DNA of 53,335 nucleotides, filler included, from Basidiobolus ranarum (taxonomy: Eukaryota): the NCBI GenBank assembly GCA_040143965.1. It is 3 parts of 3 records of this genome, joined end to end, with 100 filler letters (N's around TTAATTAATTAA, not from the genome) between each part and the next. Parts side by side here need not be neighbours in the genome. Positions count along the whole stretch, not along the records: positions 35,656 to 53,335 come from JASJQH010000296.1; 2 more parts are not named here. One strand, given 5' to 3'. Below the pieces are notes generated by a model, which saw nothing but the letters and a program-made list of their open reading frames with translations, ran no database searches and was not told the origin of the DNA. This document shows, one piece after another, positions 50,591 to 53,335 of this stretch. A program made the position numbers and the translations under genes. Position 1 is the stretch's first letter; each line of letters begins with the position of its first letter.

Positions 50591-51110
50591 AAAATATCTA
50601 CAGGTTTATGTCAAGGGGGCAAATTTTATAGTGAAGATTTGTTTACTTTAACAAGTCTTCTCATGGCTCATCAAGCTTTAAGAATTCTATTCTTTTGTCA
50701 TGAACTCAGTAACAATATATTTTATAACTTTCTCTTAATGTAAGGAAACAAAACACTAAAGAGATTGAAATTGTAAAATAGATGTTTGACAGGTATTGTT
50801 ATATTTAGGATAGGGATGGCACTTTAAAAGTGTGCTCATAGTCATTAATGTAGCACTATGCTCAAAAATTGCTCATCATTTAGCCTAAAGATATCCATTA
50901 TCAATAGCTAGGTGCCTACTGTATTTGTTAAAGTTTGAGAAGAATAGTATTCGACTTATGATACCGGAAGGAAATTGAAATTGTAATTTCTCGAGTTGCT
51001 TAATGTAAATCATAACTATCACAATATACCTCATACATTTGTTGCTATAAGAGAAACAAAATAAGTTTCTTATAATTTTTATCTCCATTCCAGCAAATTC
51101 TTTCATATAT

Positions 51111-51435
51111 TGTTGAAGTACTTTGGGAGTCTGTTGGAAGTGGTTTGGAGAACTAGAGAAACTGGAGGTTTTCACTTGTTGATTTATTGAGTATTCAGTT
51201 GACATTGATAGTATTGTCAAGATGTAAGCAAACTAACCTGTAGAATGTGTTAAGGAAGGTCCCAGAAACATGTGTGCAAAGTTTGGGGCTTCTAACAAGT
51301 TATCAAAATCCATACATCTCAGAACGTCCAAGTAAATTCCTCTTAATAATGGAAGATATCTTAGTTCCATATAGGATAACTAAATACTAAGCTATATACG
51401 ACTGTATAGGTATTTAGGAAATGCTAATTTCTACA
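51111..51435 (-). mobile_element. Solo LTR, copy H, with 5-bp target-site duplication TATAT
   Basis: TATAT|TGTTGAAGTA...ATGCTAATTTCTACA|TATAT. Confidence 0.83.
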
Positions 51436-51770
51436 TATATCACATTCTTTGAGCAGTATCCATGCAGTAAGTATCAGTTAGTGAATGGAATCGAGTGTGT
51501 TGTGAACTAAGATCCCTTTGCATATTGCGCAGTTGATAAGTTTTTGTTATTCAGAAACATAGTTTTTTCTGTTTTATGTCGACCATATGATGACTGGTAT
51601 TTAAGTTCTACTTTATTGTAAGCTAAAAATGGAAACAAAATAAATAGGGATATTCTTAGGGAAATCTAATGAGGAAGCCTCATTCAAGTTGGGAACATAT
51701 ATATTCTTACACTCCAGATATGAGTGACATTGAAGGGTTGTGTGGCTAGGGTATGTCTTAATAAGTAAGA

Positions 51771-52160
51771 TTAAGGTTCCACTATATCTACATCAATCCC
51801 AAGAATTTTGGAGCATTCTTTTAATTTTCGGCATGCTGTGGCGAAGTCACGTTCTTTCCCCTCCTTCTCTGAAGAAAGAAGAATCACTTTTCCTCGAGAC
51901 ATTTGAACGTTCTGTCCTTGACATTTCACCTTAAGGCCATGTGGTATTATGGGCTGACCGAAGTCCTTGGCAATCTCGTCACATGTTTCTTTCCCTAATC
52001 TCTCCGTAACTGGGACTTTCTTAGGTAATACACCTCCTTCCTGAGCCAATGGTTTCAGTGATTCTTCGTTCTTGGTGTTAGCCTTGGAAAAGTCTATGAT
52101 GGTTGAGCTCACCAAAGCAACGGAGCCAAGGAACATCAACAGAGTATTTGAGAAACGCAT
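51771..52160 (-). CDS. Small secreted cysteine-containing protein (129 aa, 4 Cys), intronless
   Basis: Signal peptide MRFSNTLLMFLGSVALVSS; good start context; TATA-like TATATAAG about 65 nt upstream on the minus strand. Confidence 0.75.
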   Translation of the reverse strand: MRFSNTLLMFLGSVALVSSTIIDFSKANTKNEESLKPLAQEGGVLPKKVPVTERLGKETCDEIAKDFGQPIIPHGLKVKCQGQNVQMSRGKVILLSSEKEGKERDFATACRKLKECSKILGIDVDIVEP

Positions 52161-52969
52161 AGTTATAATGTAATGAAGATAACACGATATGTAGTTCTAG
52201 TGAGTAGAAGTAGATAGTCTTATATATCTGACTTAAGAATCCTTTTTTGCTATCAATAGCAGTCGCTGCTGATAGAAATGCGATATGAACTTGATAAACA
52301 CATGCTCACGATATTACCAATAGATTGTTCAAACTCTCCAGAGCTGTCGCGCTAATCTACCTAACTGCATCCTCGATGATAGCACAGTCAACGCACCATA
52401 GTGACTACTTGCATTGCCTTTGCATGATCGAATATGCCACACACAAATACAAACTTGAAAGTCTGACGCAATGCTGTGTTGATATTGATGAACACTAAAC
52501 CTGACTTGAGCAATGCTCTCCAAGATCGTCAAGCCATAGGTCTCCCCCCCCAATATCAACAAAGAGATGTTGACTTGTTTTCACTATGAGGATATAACAA
52601 ATTGGCCTTGATCCAAATCAATCACTCACATGGTTGATATTTCCCATCTGATGACCAGCAATGTAGATGCATTTCATGCATGTTTGTTTTAATATCTTTG
52701 TACGCCACGGAGAAAACTCTGAATCAACTGGGTCTAGGTTGACAGATATGTGATGCGTACGAGCAGGCCAATGCATAGCACTGACAGATTGGTGACAGAG
52801 ACAAGACGCCTTTAACATTTCTTTACAGGTAATGTCAAACCACCACTACACACTCCAACCGGATCGAAGCACACAACAAAGTAACTCTTGGGTACAACTT
52901 GAGAGATTTTTAGCATGGACCAATTAAACCGATTTATTCAAGAATTCCGTTCTAACAAATACAAATGAT

Positions 52970-53215
52970 TTATTCTAAATCAAACCATAGATATCTATCT
53001 TGTCTGATATGACCTACTCTACCATTTCCAATACGGATCTTCGCTTCGTATTTGGCATCCCCTTCCATTTCGATGATTGGATAATCCGTACACTCTCCTA
53101 ATGGCGGACCTTCGATATCCAATTCACTTAATTCATCGGTATATTTACCAACTTTGGCATGCCAAACTCGTTGAGCTCGATATATCTGCATCAGCGCAAA
53201 TCTAGTTCTTGCTTC
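52970..53215 (-). CDS. C-terminal fragment resembling the tail of carbohydrate-binding family 9-like proteins
   Basis: RFALMQIYRAQRVWHAKVGKYTDELSEL...YPIIE...YEAKIR...GHIRQDRYLW resembles, from memory, CBM9-like protein C-termini; sequence further upstream no longer fits. Confidence 0.5.
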   Translation of the reverse strand, partial: EARTRFALMQIYRAQRVWHAKVGKYTDELSELDIEGPPLGECTDYPIIEMEGDAKYEAKIRIGNGRVGHIRQDRYLWFDLE

Positions 53216-53335
53216 GTAAGGAGGCCAGAAGAGCAGGGAACAACAACAACCAAGACCAGAGGAACCATTGACAAAAGGCAGAACAGTCGATGTTGAGGAA
53301 GAACTATCCAACATTAGCAAGAAACTTGAACGTCT

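Noticed and set aside
49801..51220. ORFs 49801-50025 and 50885-51220 (likewise 26954-27338)
   Set aside because: They overlap LTR copies and are chance frames.
52329..52818. Short minus-strand ORFs as retroelement remnants
   Set aside because: No RT, RNase H or integrase motif could be identified.

Overview
Eukaryotic, AT-rich DNA with many short GT-AG introns. It most likely comes from an early-diverging fungus (Zoopagomycota/Mucoromycota, possibly Basidiobolus-like; this is inference). The window is three unrelated contigs (1-17732, 17833-35555, 35656-53335) joined by identical artificial 100-nt N44-TTAATTAATTAA-N44 spacers, so adjacency across the gaps carries no biological meaning. Contig 1: RPL28/uL15 (3' end), PIG3-type quinone oxidoreductase, UGGT, a head-to-head pair of intronless secreted tectonin-type beta-propellers, an Ssh4-like SPRY protein, two convergent cAMP-receptor-like GPCRs, SKP1 and RPL15 (5' end). 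Contig 2: yellow/MRJP 3' fragment, glycogen synthase, a spliced complex I 17.8 kDa subunit gene absent from the ORF track, a Pbs2/Wis1-type MAPKK and decayed coding-like DNA. Contig 3: a Ser/Thr-rich secreted protein, Bem46/ABHD13, a membrane-anchored PDI, SEY1, a ~895-aa receptor-like protein with an XK-like membrane module, a small secreted Cys protein and a possibly chimeric end. A ~340-bp TG...CA solo-LTR family (8 copies or fragments, two with perfect 5-bp target-site duplications) recurs in contigs 2 and 3, twice as inverted pairs about 125-130 bp apart. Best novelty candidates are the ectodomain/XK-like protein, the secreted tectonin pair, the LTR pair geometry and a decayed intronless ORF that could be an endogenous viral element.
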